Source: Sphyrna mokarran (Eukaryota). Taken from it: DNA of 64,000 bases. The notes under the pieces are model-generated. The model saw only the letters and a program-made list of their open reading frames with translations. It was not told the DNA's origin and made no database searches. The stretch is taken from positions 62,248,001-62,312,000 of the forward strand of contig JAGIQG010000009.1 of assembly GCA_024679065.1 (NCBI GenBank). The letters are read 5' to 3'. Shown here piece by piece: positions 1 through 12,685 of this stretch. The position numbers were made by a program, and so were the translations under genes. How positions within the stretch are numbered: the stretch's first letter is position 1; each line of letters starts with the position of its first letter.

Positions 1-525
1 CTTGTGGCACTAATAAATTAACTGCCAGAAAAACTGCGCTCATCGACGTAATAGATCCCAGTTCTAGAAGCCAGCATTATTTTCAGTTTTTGCAGCCAAT
101 GTCAGCAGTATTCAGAGGTTAATTGCAGGGGAAAGGTCTCGCTGCAATCTATCCAAATTATATCTTAATGCTAAACTTTTTGGCAAACACAATCCACACC
201 AGTGTTCAAGTCCAGTTTCTCCCATCAGTTATTCTTATGACTTATGCCTTCAAGCCGCAGTCAATTTTGCAACCATTTACTTTATGCTTTTGGAAAATGA
301 GAGTCACACAATGTGCAGCTCATTCAGACATCTTTATTATTAAATAAATGCAAATAATATTGTTGCGTTCACAGTTCTACACACGCCTGCATAACTAACG
401 ATAACTTGAAAACTCAAGAAAAGCAGCAATAACTTTGCAAAGCAGAAATGGACTACACAATCCCAAGTGGTTACTGTGCAAGAATGTTGACATATCACAA
501 AAGCAGAAGTAATTAAAAATTCAAA

Positions 526-828
526 GAATCATAGAATCCTTACTGTACAGAAGGAGGCCATTCAGCCCATCGATCCTGCACCAACAACAATCCCACCCAT
601 GCTCTACCCCTGAAACTTATTTACCCTGTTAATCTCCCTGACACTAAAGCAGCAATTTAGCATGGGCAATCAATCTAACCCACACATCTTTGGACTGTGG
701 GAGGAAACTGGAGCAGCCAGAGAAAACCCAAACAGACACAGAGAGAACATGCAAACTCCAGACAGACAGTCACTCAAGGTGCCTGGTGCTGTGAGGCAGC
801 AGTGCTGACCGCTATGCTACTATGCCAT
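526..828 (-). mobile_element. V-SINE/HE1-like tRNA-derived SINE
   Basis: Reverse-oriented V-domain (ctttggactgtgggaggaaactggagca...gcaaactccagacagacagt), head (gtgctgtgaggcagcagtgct) and catagaatc tail. Confidence 0.9.
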
Positions 829-1489
829 CCAAGAAGGAAACTAGTTCCACAGGATGTGAGGTGGCATCAAAAATGTGTGAGACACTGCCACATTAAGAGA
901 CCTGACACATGGGTCATTTGCCTTCACTGCCCTTCTGCAATCTCAGAGCCTACAACAACCTGCTTTTACTGACTACCTTTAAAGCTCTAAGATGATTCAC
1001 ACAGACTCAATCAGACACAAATCAACATAGAACCAAAAGAGATATTAGAAACCCAAAAGTATCAAATAAGATGGAGCATAATAAACAAAGAAGTAATTTG
1101 ACATAGCAGCGGGAAAATAGATGAATGTTGGGAAGTGTTTCAGTGAAGTTGTAAAAACATTAACTGCCAGTCATGCACAATAATGTGAAAAGGACTAGCC
1201 ACCAAATGAACATCTATAAGAGTGCTTTCCATGGAGTATAAGGTAAACTGAGGGTAAAAATAATGTAATCAACTATGACCTAATGTTGTCAATCTCTTAG
1301 TTTCAATCAATCAGTTGCTTATATGCAAAATGCAATTTGTTCCACATAAAATACAACTTCTATTCATAATGGTATTATCATCAACAGTATGATAGTGCAA
1401 TATTTGATTAATCTGATAACATTATGTGCCAAATTGTGATGTTGTTTCATAGACACATAATAACATCAATCAACAAAAATAAATGGTTT

Positions 1490-1650
1490 CAAAGGTGTGC
1501 AGGTTAGGGTGGCTGACCATGCTAAATTTCTCCTTAGTGTCCCAGTGTGTGTAGGTTAGAAGGATTGGCAAGGTAAATATATGGGATTATTGTTGGTGCA
1601 GACTCGATGGGCCAAATGACGTCCTTCTTCACTGTAGGGATTTTATGATT
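1490..1650 (+). mobile_element. V-SINE 3' fragment
   Basis: caaaggtgtgcaggttagg...catgctaaatt...gactcgatgggcc...ctgtagggattttatgatt matches the 3' half of the copy at 1980. Confidence 0.85.
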
Positions 1651-1979
1651 CAGTGAACATGCTAAAATCATTATTATGTGCTTAAATATTTATTCACATT
1701 CTCTGCCAAAGTAACCTGGATCAACAAGTCCTTCAAAGGCTACAGATACAACTAGGAATCCACCAACACAAATTCTCAGTATCAAATACTGGTGCAATAA
1801 CGTAATAACCAAATGAAGGAAAACTCTAACAGTTGCTCCAATAATCAATAGGAACATCAGCCATAGATATCAGACCCAGAACATGGCACTATCACAATAT
1901 ATGTGTCAGCCAATGCTTTCAGCTAGAAGATAACTGTGTGGTATCTCAGTAAAGGTTTGCTTAGGCCAAGGTTTTGAGT

Positions 1980-2320
1980 GGAATGGTAGCACAGTGGTTA
2001 GCACTGCTGCTTCATAGTCCCAGGGATCTGAGTTTGATTCTCGGCTTGAGCCACTGTCTGTGCGGAGTCTGCATGTTTTCCTCGTGTCTGCGTGGGTTTC
2101 CTCCAGATGCTCTGGTTTCCTCCCACAGTGCAAAGATGTGTGGGTTAGGTTGATTGGCCATCCTAAAATTGACCTTAGAATCCTGAGATGGTTAGAGGGA
2201 TTAGCAGGTAAAATATGCAGGAATATGGGGGTAAGGCCTGGGTGGGATTGTGGTCAGTACATACTTGATGGACTGAATGGCCTCTTTCTGCACTGTAGGG
2301 TTCTATGATTCTACAATTCT
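1980..2320 (+). mobile_element. V-SINE/HE1-like SINE, near full length
   Basis: A-box (tagcacagtggtta), B-box-like (gagtttgattc), V-domain (gtgtctgcgtgggtttcctcc), CR1-type tail ending ttctatgattcta. Confidence 0.92.
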
Positions 2321-3073
2321 ACGATAACTTGGAATCTTTTCATAGAATGTGGACTATCTGGTGCCAACGTGAATCTGAAATTTGATTCAGATCAGTCATT
2401 TAAAACTTCCATCGATGCAACAGTTATCAGTATTAACCCTCCTGTTGGTCCAAGTTCACATTTACTCAATCCACTTTGAATGAAAGTATAAGATTGTAAA
2501 CACAAGCTGTTTAGTTTACATTGAAAGAGGCCACCAAAATTAGGAGTGGACACACCATGAATAGTGTTGGGATTGACTCCATGGCTAATGCAAGGGCTTC
2601 CTCTCTACCTCATAGCTTAGATAGCTCAAAGTCTTGCTTTAGAAGTGTAAGCAGCTGATATTTCCAGTTCTATATCACTATGAGTAGGCATATTGTTTAT
2701 CATGCAACACATTAAAGGACAGTTTCCACAGCTTCAGATGCGCATATTATGGAACTTTAGAATGTAAACTCAAGGATATATGTTGTACTATCGACTATAT
2801 TCTTTATTCATCAATTCTGCTTCATTACATATTTACATAATAGAGATCTGAGACTGTTTAAAAGAATGTTTTAGACTACAAGTAGTGCTGATTTTTTTTA
2901 AATCTAGTTTCAAGGCTTTTGGCCCCTCAGCATAAAATGAAATAATCTTTAATCGCGCCAAAACATTTAGCCATTAGTTGGTTGCAGGATTGAAATGCAT
3001 GGTAGTTTATGAATGGAAGGGAACTGTTCCTTCAACACAAATGTTAGTAAGGTCCAGACCACCACACTAATCA

Positions 3074-3175
3074 CTTGATTTGATTTATTATTGCCACTTG
3101 TATTGATATAACAGTGAAAAGTATTATTTCTTGCGTGCTATATAGACAAAGCATACCATTCAGAGTACATAGAAC
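3074..3175 (-). mobile_element. Rex1/Babar-like LINE 3' end fragment
   Basis: ttgatttgatttattattgccac...acagtgaaaagtatt...gacaaagcatacc, same terminus as the longer copy at 20473. Confidence 0.7.
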
Positions 3176-3221
3176 AGAAATCTAATGGGGAAGAAAAGCA
3201 ATTACAGGAAATTATTCAATA

Positions 3222-3365
3222 AACCAGAGAACAAAATCCTTTTAGTTCTTGGAAATCTGACATAAACAACAAAAAATAACTCAGCAGGACAGGTAAAGGT
3301 GTGTGGAGAGAGAGAGAGAGGAGACAGGGAGTTAACATTTCTAGTCTGTGACTTTTCATTAGAAT
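3222..3365. mobile_element. Penelope-like terminal repeat fragment with internal (GA)n
   Basis: ggaaatctga...actcagcagg...gtggagagaga...gttaacattt; a related inverted fragment lies at ~51220-51320. Confidence 0.5.
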
Positions 3366-3879
3366 TATGAGTGGTTGCCAATCTGTGCTCCTGCTGCTCC
3401 TGGCAATTGATAACATCCCTTTTTTTTGTAACAGAAGTTCATCTGTCACTAACAATACAATTGAATATTATTGACAATGTTAAATTGTATAAATCCTTTC
3501 CGATTAACAAGAAGAAGGGCATAGATGCCAAAAGTGATGGTGATTTAAGATGACCAAGGTCAGTTAATTAGGTGGTAAATATGAGTATTATTATTTTCAT
3601 CAAGATAAAATTGATACATGCAATGCTTTATAGTGAGGCAAGTACTTTAGTATTTTGCTGGCATATCTTCTGGGCAGGTTTCTCTCTAGGTATTACACTC
3701 TTAATGCCCAAACAGATAAAAAGGGGACAAAATGTCAAGGCAACTGCTATTGTAATGGTACTTTAAAATGGTTAGATTAAATTGCAGAATAAACTATACC
3801 TTTACTTGACCAGAACCATACCCTATAATTAAATTAGTTGTCAATTTAGTCTTTGATCTTTTTGCCATATAAAACTTAC

Positions 3880-3989
3880 CCAAATTTTATCTTGTTGATG
3901 TGGTTCAGTCTTTCGCCATTAGAATTTTCATTAGGACAATTGTCCATTGTTGTGACACTTACAGCTGCAGGGCCCCCTTGACTAGATGC
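3880..3989 (-). CDS. Candidate internal coding exon (ASSQGGPAAVSVTTMDNCPNENSNGERLNHINKIKF-G), gene unknown
   Basis: Strong donor TGG|GTAAGT, weak acceptor tttcaaataag, 110 nt, only one open frame (phase 0 to 2), unique sequence. Confidence 0.35.
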
Positions 3990-4405
3990 CTTATTTGAAA
4001 GATGACTCCAAAATTAATTTCTTCAATACTCCCCCCCGCCTCCCCATCAGAGAGGGGAGATATTCATTTAGCTGGGTAAATGAGAAGCAAGTGCTGGATA
4101 ATACGACATCCCAGCCTGTGCATGATGCTCACTAACATCTCCACTCTCATATAACACAATTCCATTGTGTCTCTGAGCAAATGATGTGATAAAAGCTGGC
4201 AGATAAAGCACATGTATTAAAATTGTTTGAACTGGGAAGGAAGCAGGAGGACTAAATAAAATCAACAGCTTTGTTAATGTTAATCAACTGTGCAATTATT
4301 GCTGCTATAGACATTGAATAGTTCAGGTTCCACTTGAAATATACTCAAATGTCACTGTATATACCACATCAATTGATGATTAATCTGGCAAAGTGTCACA
4401 TTTAC

Positions 4406-4455
4406 TTTGGGCTCTTTTTCTTGATTTTCTTTTAACAATCTTTTGTATTCCTGGT
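4406..4455 (-). CDS. Candidate coding exon (DQEYKRLLKENQEKEPK), gene unknown
   Basis: ttgtttacaag| ... AAA|GTAAAT, 50 nt, phase 1 to 0, compatible with the exons at 12001 and 3880; purine-rich. Confidence 0.3.
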
Positions 4456-4537
4456 CTTGTAAACAATAACATTTTCTTATTAATGTTTAATTGGATATCA
4501 TGATGTGAAGGCTCCGTTCCAATTGAACTTCCATCAT

Positions 4538-5533
4538 GGGCCTGGATTTTTGACTGCAGGTACCAGTAGTTGGGACAGTTTGGCCCAAGAGGGAAAGCGT
4601 ACTCTGTCATCAGGCCAGCTGACCCAGGGTTACAAGGGCTGCTGGGTGCAGAGGTACAGAGGTTTTTGCCCTAATTAAAATAGAAGCAAAAGGTCCACTA
4701 GTCCTCATCCTGCTCCTGCACTTCACCTTTCAATCATTCTTCATGCCCCTCCATGTCCCCTACACACCCTATGGTCCCTTATGCCCGCTATGTCAAGCTC
4801 TGCCTTTCCACCTTCTACCCCTCTTGTATCCTATGCATTACCATGTCAAATGACCCATTTTATACTGTCTAAAGCCAATGAAGCCTATAATGTACAGTAA
4901 ATGTGTGATAAAAGCTTTGAAGGAAAGTAATTTAATCACAGTTTTCTTCTATATTTAAAAAAGTTATTTAACTGCAAGCTAATAAAAGTAACAACTAACT
5001 ACCACAAATTCTTGAAACCACTTTTTTTCAAGTGTTTTTTACACAGCCCACTATGGATCAATGGACAAGGTGGTGTCATAGCTTAATATAAGGAAAAAAG
5101 GGGGACATTGGGGGAGGTGGAAGGGTTGACAGCTTGGCAGAGGAGCATGAGAAAGATCACTGGAGCTAACTTTAAAAAGGTCCCCTCATGCAGACTAGGG
5201 TTCATGGCTCCTTTGAGGAGCTGTGAACAGTGATTCCATTAAAATTGTAGTGAAGTAGGAGATGCATATCCCTGCAATGCAGACAGCCAGGTCAGAGTGG
5301 TGCATGTGGGCTTTAAACAGGAAGTTTCCCACATCCCACTAAGGGAATTTCACAAAAACTTCATTGCATTATTAATCTAAGCCTTACTTGTGACGAACAA
5401 ATAAACTTTATTTTACATCCTTTACAGGCACTCCCAAAAGTTAGACAGTCTGGGAATATGACCAGGAATTCTCACACACCCATCATTTTTAAACAGAACC
5501 TTAGTCATCCCAACTCAGTGAAAATCTAAGCCC
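4538..5533. mobile_element. Degraded non-autonomous TIR (foldback/MITE-like) element
   Basis: Ends gggcctggatttt / aaaatctaagccc are imperfect inverted repeats; C-rich block ~4740-4850 is mirrored by a G-rich block ~5050-5150. Confidence 0.5.
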
Positions 5534-6469
5534 TTCTCTTATATCAAGATTGAATTACAATCCAATATCTCAAAGGGCCATTTTAACATTCTACATTTAT
5601 AAAATTAGCATCACTTTTTCCAGTCAACTTGTTGAGTACAACAAAGGCTATTATATACAGACTGATAATGTATTTCAAATTTCCAGATGAAACAACAAAA
5701 TAGAATTCATCAAAAATTGGATAAAAGATAGGAATTAAATGCCTCAATCTGAGAATTAAATAATGTAGGCCTAATCTTCAAATTTGGCTTTTTCACTATC
5801 CAGAACTTACTACAGAGATGATATTGACAATGAATGATATGAATTAGATAGTTCTGGTCTTCAATCCTCTAGTGGCAGATTAACACCAAGATTATTGAAG
5901 GATTGATTACAGTAAACCAGTTGTGGAGCAACACTCTTAATGGCTGATTAAGAATTCATTTTAATGAATTCATTTTAATGAAATTTCCCATTTTAACTGG
6001 GAAACCAATTAAATCTTTGCAATATTCACAGTAAATAATGGTCAATTCAAAGCAAATTAACCAAAATTCACCCAGGGCATTAACTGACAGCATAAATGAT
6101 TTAGACTGGGTTCCTGTGTAATACAGGCAAATGCTATAGTATCACATCTGCCTGAGTTGTTGCTGACTTAGTAGACAATGCCAATATTTTCAAACCATTG
6201 GTGTATTCATCCATCTATCAGTTGGTTAACACATATCAAGGAAAAGCTGCTTTATCCCTTAAGATCTCACAACTCAGATGTAATAATCAATGATATTGTA
6301 TCAAGAAAGAGCCAAGGAATTGTCAGAACCAACCATTCTTCAGCTTTTCAGTCACATAAATTTGAGTTAGAATGTTTAAAAAGCAGTGTTGTTTTTTTTA
6401 AGCATCAATTTTGTAGGTTCCCAATTGAATTTTTACGAAATTCATATTAAATTAGGATTAACTGCTATG

Positions 6470-6862
6470 TGTCAACTGTGGCTCAGTTGCAGCATTCTTG
6501 CTGCTGAGAGTAGAAGGTTGTGAGTTCAAGTCTCTCTCCTCAAAACTTGAGAAGAAAAATCAAGGCTAACACTCCAGCACAGTCTGCGGGAGTGCTGCAT
6601 TGTTGGATTTGCTGTCATTGAAATGAGACATTAACCCACTTTCAAGATCTTATGGACAGCCAATATTTATTCCTCAGTCAACATTGCAAAAACAGAGACC
6701 AGTCATTATCACATTACTGTTTGAGCTTGTTGTGCTGTGTGCAAATTGATTACCGCATTTCCTACAACAACGACAACACGTAACATGTCTTTCAGTTGCT
6801 GTCAAACACCTTAGGATAAGCAATGGTCATGAAAGACATTGTATAAGATGTAAATCTCTTTC
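6470..6862 (+). mobile_element. SacSINE1-like Deu-domain SINE
   Basis: tRNA-like head (tggctcagttg...gagttcaagtc), Deu-like core (acactccagcacagtctgcgggagtgctgcattgttgga...caatatttattcctcagtcaacat). Confidence 0.8.
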
Positions 6863-7439
6863 ATTCTAAATGAAAGATGTGTTTATTTAATATGCTGCCA
6901 CAGAGAAATCTTACCAGAATTTCTCTCAGTATCAGTCTAAGGCGGAAAGCTGGTGTGAAACTCTCTGGCTTCACAGGCCAGTTTTCTCTGCAGACTTTAA
7001 GCCTTTTAGTCAAAAACAAAATGAGTGGATGTGGTTTACACAATCACTCTGGCAGGGAGGGGCCTCATACAGTCAGAGATCGGGGCTTTCTAAAGTACGT
7101 CCCAATTACAATAAAAAGATAATTCTATCCTCATGCCCCACCCCCCACTACACATCATGGAAGTATCAGGGGTTCACCCCCTCCTTCTTTAAAGATCATC
7201 ACCGGCATTCACATCCCCCCCATCCCATTCAACAATCATCGTTGACATTTCCATCACCTTTAGTACATGCTCTACCCTCCTACCCAATACATAAATGAAT
7301 CCTCCCTCCCCCCCATAAGCTGTCCACTGGGGTCTGTCCCTGGCACTGCTCTTGACAGAATGGCAGTGCCAACTTGGCAGTGCTAACCTGTACCAGAGAG
7401 CATTGCTATGGCAGTAACCAGCTATGTCCCTCTCCCCTC

Positions 7440-8835
7440 AGGCTACACCCCACTCCAATACACCACCCTTCCCAACCCACATAGACACATCTCTCCCCAT
7501 CCCACATCCATTCTGATACACCTCCCTCCCCACCCCACATCCACTCCAATATACCACCCTCCTCATCCTGCATCCACTCTGATACACTCCCCGTCAACCC
7601 ACACCCACTCTGATACATCACCTCTCCCCACCCACTCTGATACAGCCCCCTCCCCACCCCACACAGCTGATACACACCCCCCCCACACCACACACACTCT
7701 GATACACCACCCTCCCTACCCCCACACAGACTCTGATACACCCCTCTCAACCCACACACACTCTGATATAACCCCCTCCCCACATCCATTCTGATATATC
7801 CCCCCTTCCCATTTTTCACCAACTCTGATACAACCCCATTCCCCACGCCACACCCACTCTGATATACCCCCTCCTCCCCACAACAATTCTGATATATCTC
7901 CCTTCCCAACCCACACCTACTCTGATACTCCCCTCCTCACCCTCACCCACTCCGATACACCCCCTCCTCAACCCACTCTGATACACCCCCCTTCCCACCC
8001 CACACCCACTCTGATACACACTCCTACCCGCACCACTCCGATACATCCCCCACAACCTACACCCACTCTGATATACCCCCCTCTCCTCCCCACACCCATT
8101 CTGATACACCCTCTTCCCAACCCACATCCACTGATAGACACCCCTCCCCACCCCACATCCACTCTGACACAACCTCCTGCCCATCTCACATGCTGATACA
8201 CCTCTCTCCCCATACCCACTCTGATACACTGCTCCCTTTCCAACCCTCACCCACTCTGATACATCCCATCCACCACACGCACTCCAATACAACCCTTCAC
8301 CACTCCCGCACCCACTCTGATACTCCATCTCTCCCCACACCGCATTCACTCTAAAACACTCTCCCTCTCCTACCTATACCATATATATCTCATCGACCCA
8401 CACGCACTCCAATACGCCTCTTCACCACCCCCACACCCACTCTGATAGACTATCTCTCCCCACTCCACATCCACTCCAATATACCGCCCCCTTCCCCACC
8501 CACTGTCCCTGTCCCACACCCACTTTGATACATCTCCTCACTGCCCCACACTCACTCCCCACCTGCATCCACTCTGATACACCTCCTCCCCACCTACATC
8601 CACTCTGATAATGCACACTTACTCCAATATGTCCCCTTCCCCGCCTCACCCCACACATTCCTCCTTATCCCACACCTTTCCCCACCCACTCTGATACACC
8701 CACTCTAAAACACCATCTCCCTACCCCACATCAACTCCAATACACCACCCCTTCCCCATCCACTCTGGTACACCCCCTCCCTACCCCGCATCCATTCTGA
8801 AACACACCTTCCCTGCTACACACTCACTCTGATAC
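7440..8835. repeat. C-rich minisatellite, ~26-30 bp unit
   Basis: Dozens of degenerate copies of ccccacacccactctgatacaccc(c/t)n. Confidence 0.95.
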
Positions 8836-9827
8836 CACTTGAACCAAAATATTGTTAGTCTTACAAGAGACATTGAATGGGCTAGCTGTATCCACCCAGT
8901 ATTTCTTTAATACACTCCAACTCAGTTTGTAACATTTTTATAATCTCTTTTTCACTTCCTTATTTTAGCCCCTGTCATACATCTGTCTCGCTTCTCATTT
9001 TTAGCAAGCACTTTCTGACATTCCTCAATTTCTTTTTGTTTTTTTTAAGCATTTATCTTGAGTAATGGCTCTGAATGTCATTCTTTTAATATTATAGATT
9101 TAACTTTTCAATTCAATTGTGTCCTGTATTTTGTTATCTAGTTACTATCATTCTGAGTGCTGAAAATTTCCTTTGCCAATTCTGAAGTAGTTTCTCTCAA
9201 GCTACCATTAAATGTGTTATGCCACTTTTTTAGCGTCTGGCAGCCATTAATTCTGGGCTAGAGATACATATTCAAAACTACCTAACAATGTCCAATCAAA
9301 AAGAATGCATTATTCAGCACTGCTGTAGAGTATTCTGACTTTGTACTGATGATTCTCTTGTCTCTAAGCACGTAATGCATTATGATGAGGTCATTTTTAA
9401 GTCTTGATGGAATGCCATTCACTGCTATGGCCTCCACCATGAAGAAGCACAATTGCAGTGCTATTCAAAACTACTTGAGCATCAACAGCAATACAAATAT
9501 CCTCAAGAAGCAGGACCGGATATGGTGCTTTGAATTTCATTAAAAAATCTTTATAATTTCAGTCAGTGCTTTCATGTTCAACACAACTAGGCCTAGACTG
9601 CAGCCTAACTAAATCGGAGAAAACGTCAAAAATGCCCCTTTTGATAAATGTTCAGTAGTGGATTGGCCTACAGCATGACAAATACAGTGCACTAACTAAC
9701 AGGTTCCTTTTGCGGTTTCTCCTATTCTTGTTTACTTTTTCTCTCTTCTTTTGAAACTTGTAGAGAAGGAAAGGGTGCAGTGCAATGTGGTCAAAAATTT
9801 AAATTCTCCACATCGCGTAACTTCTAC

Positions 9828-9841
9828 GTTGCTATGGTGAC
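9828..9841. promoter_or_regulatory. RFX X-box motif
   Basis: GTTGCTATGGTGAC is a near-palindromic match to the 14-bp X-box consensus, in a small CpG-retaining patch (catcgcgtaa, ctacgtt, ccgtcc, tacgcc). Confidence 0.6.
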
Positions 9842-10164
9842 CGTCCTACTCACTTATCTACGCCATTACACAGATAAACCACAGCTTCCCCAGAATATGC
9901 CTTCAGTTCCTCAGCAAGAAAATAAGACTATAGATGTAATGTGTTGCAACAGAATTTAAAGAGGCTTATTTAATGCAGTAAATTTGCTGCTCAGGACATG
10001 AGATCACTTGTTCATAATTTCAGCATTTTTGTCTACTTTCAACCAAAGCTGAACATAGATTGTTATCTTTGCCCAAATGAAGTTGTTTTTTATGGTTTCC
10101 TGTATACTGTGTGTAAAATTGATAAATACCAGACCTCATCATTCAAATATATAAGACAATAAAA

Positions 10165-10302
10165 CTCTAAGATGTAGAAGCAGAAGTAGGCTATTTGGCC
10201 CATTGAGTCTGTCCTACCATTCAATGAGATTATGACTGACCTGATGTGATAATCCTCAACTTCACTTTCCTGCCTTATCCCAATAACCCTTGATTCCCTT
10301 AC
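10165..10302 (-). mobile_element. CR1 LINE 3' end
   Basis: gtagaagcagaagtaggctatttggcccattgag...ccattcaatgagattatgactga, reversed CR1 3' UTR. Confidence 0.8.
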
Positions 10303-12000
10303 TCATTTTTAGATTACTTTTGAACTCTTTGTTTATTTGATACTCTTTATTTACTGAGGTTTGAAAATAAGACCCATTTCTGACTCTTCCAAGGATGCAG
10401 TCTACAATTATTTTCAAAGATACTAAAGATTAAGAATAGTCATTAACATGAAAAAGGAAAAGTCACATCTATGAGAGCCCAGAAATTGGTCCAAGTCCTA
10501 TGATTAAGATTGCAAAAAGATTATGGCCAATTTTTCCACCGGCCTCTTTATGATCATACTCTAGAGATGTGAATGGACCTGCAACTTGCCAGGAGAGAAA
10601 TAGGGTTAGGGGTGTGGCATGCCAGTGCAGACAGGAGCCAGTAAGAACAGCAGGATTTATACCAGCCAAAGACCTGGCATGGTAAAGCAATCAGGTATAG
10701 GATAAATGGCATGCCTAGTGGCCTATGGATTTAACCTCATGCAGTCGTCACATGCAGACTGTTAAAGGGCTTTATGCACATCATTTAAGCATGCAATGAG
10801 CCTAACATCACTTTCAGGTGCACACCTGGACCTCTGTTAAGGAGACCTGGGCCGAAGGGCCTGTTTCCAGTGCTGTATTGTTCTTTGTTCTTTCTATGTT
10901 CTAATATAGAATGAGTGTGTGCTGTTTATTATATTGAATACATAGACACCCATTTCCTGCGTGTAAAACAGGCAGAGGAGAATCTACGACAAAAAGGAGG
11001 AAAAGCTGTACAGAGACGGTTAAATATTCTTCAGCAAAACCCAAACTAAACCTTGTTTTTACCGCAGTTCTATTCTGTCATTTCTCTGGGAGAAGAACAC
11101 TTAAAACAAGCTTTGGCTACATAATGGAGCACAGTGATTTGTAAGGAAAGAATTTGGTGTGAAATTTAATGCCCTTGCCCAAGGCCCATTTGGTTGATAG
11201 AGAGCATTTAATCAGGTAAGAGGGTGCCAGGTAGGTATCGCACCAACTTCCCTTCTCTACCAAAATTAAGCCTGGGGCTGGAAGGCTTGTGGGCCTTCTC
11301 AACTCTTCCCAATATACCGCCGCTGGTATTGAACCAGCACAGGTGGAGCTTGAAGAGAAAATCTTGGCAAGTTGCTCCTTGGGTGTCACTCATTGTCAGC
11401 TTCTCAGTGCCTGATTCCAGCTGCCACCCACCTTCCTTCCAGCCAGTGACCCCCTCTACCCATCCCACACACACCTTCACTGGCCTGGGATCTAGCACTG
11501 ATCTCTGGTACAATGCCATTAGCAGCTAGCATACCTTCTCAGCACTGACTGGCAGCCTCTGGCCATTGAATGTCCAGTACCTCTCAGTGGGCAGGATTTC
11601 CACCCCAGGGTTCTTGCTACTGGCCAGTTATAATTGTAAGGTAGCAATTAATTTGACAGTCCTTCCCTAAATGAAGCTCTCACTGGCTCTCTTGTCACCT
11701 CCATTAACTACCACCCTTAGTCTGCTTGTAGTTATTTTGCACAAATACTATTGGAATGTCCTTTGGTGTGGTTAGCTACTGTGTAATGTAATTACTTGAC
11801 ATAACCACTTATCATAAAGCACATGCTACAAAGATTTTTAAATTATAGCATGGCAGTCATATCATTTAAGACAACTCTTTCATTTCACAGGAAATGCACA
11901 GGCTGCTTTTTAACAAGATTATGATAAAGTATATGACATTTATTACAATTAACAATGATCATGAGCTTCTCTGTAAACTAATACGGAAGAGGCTACTTAC

Positions 12001-12007
12001 CAGACAT
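12001..12007 (-). CDS. Candidate start-codon exon (gccATG TCT G), coding end of an 88-nt exon at 12001-12088
   Basis: Kozak-like GCCATG, strong donor CTG|GTAAGT, acceptor tttgacag; all frames are closed upstream, as expected for 5' UTR. Confidence 0.3.
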
Positions 12008-12394
12008 GGCTGGTGCTGTCAGTTCAGCTCTGTAATTGTTGAGCTATTTCTCCAACTGTGTACCTCTGTCTATCAGAGCCCCTATTATCTGTCAAACTAG
12101 ATGGATGCTTTGACTTTGAAAGTGCATTCTCTATTTTGTACCTTTATTTAGTGAAATATATTCCAACAGGATTAACACCCAGACCTGTGGGCCAAGTCTT
12201 TTGATATCTATGTGTTCTATTAGCACCATGTTCAACCAAGCTGTGGGGGCAGGGCAGGAGACATCTAATACCTTATGTTCTTAAATACATGGCTGTGACT
12301 CACAGGACAGCAACCCCTCCTGTAGAAATTCCCATACATTCCCAACAACATGGAGCAATTCTTCATGATTGCCCTTTCTGCATCTATTAAAGAA

Positions 12395-12685
12395 ATAAAG
12401 AAACTTCACTTACACAGCACTACTCATGATCTTAGGACATCCTAAAGTAGTTTATAGCCAATGATGCTTGAAATGTCATCAACGTCAATATAGGAAAAAG
12501 GGCAACTAACTCATGCACACCAATGGATGAGCAACAACAATGCGCTAAATGGTCAAATCAATTTTTTTCATGTTTGGCCAAGGCAAAAGTATTGAGCTTA
12601 ACATGAGGATAAATTCACTGCTTCTCTTCAAATAATACCAAGGACCTGATACACCCATCTGGAACAACAGGCAGGGCCCAGGATG
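12395..12685 (-). mobile_element. SacSINE1-like SINE
   Basis: aaagaaacttcacttacacagcac...ggacatcctaaag...gccaatga...cttcaaataataccaagg, reversed tail and Deu core. Confidence 0.7.

Noticed and set aside
1980-2060. tRNA genes at SINE heads
   Set aside because: A/B boxes continue into SINE bodies; no intact cloverleaf
2380-2475. SLC3A2-like GLSKCEL continuation of the 3880 exon
   Set aside because: The frame hits a stop without a good donor and lacks the WVRTRW/TM segment
7406-8658. Long G/V/C-rich and P/H/T-rich ORFs
   Set aside because: By-products of the minisatellite; open on both strands, with no splice or promoter support
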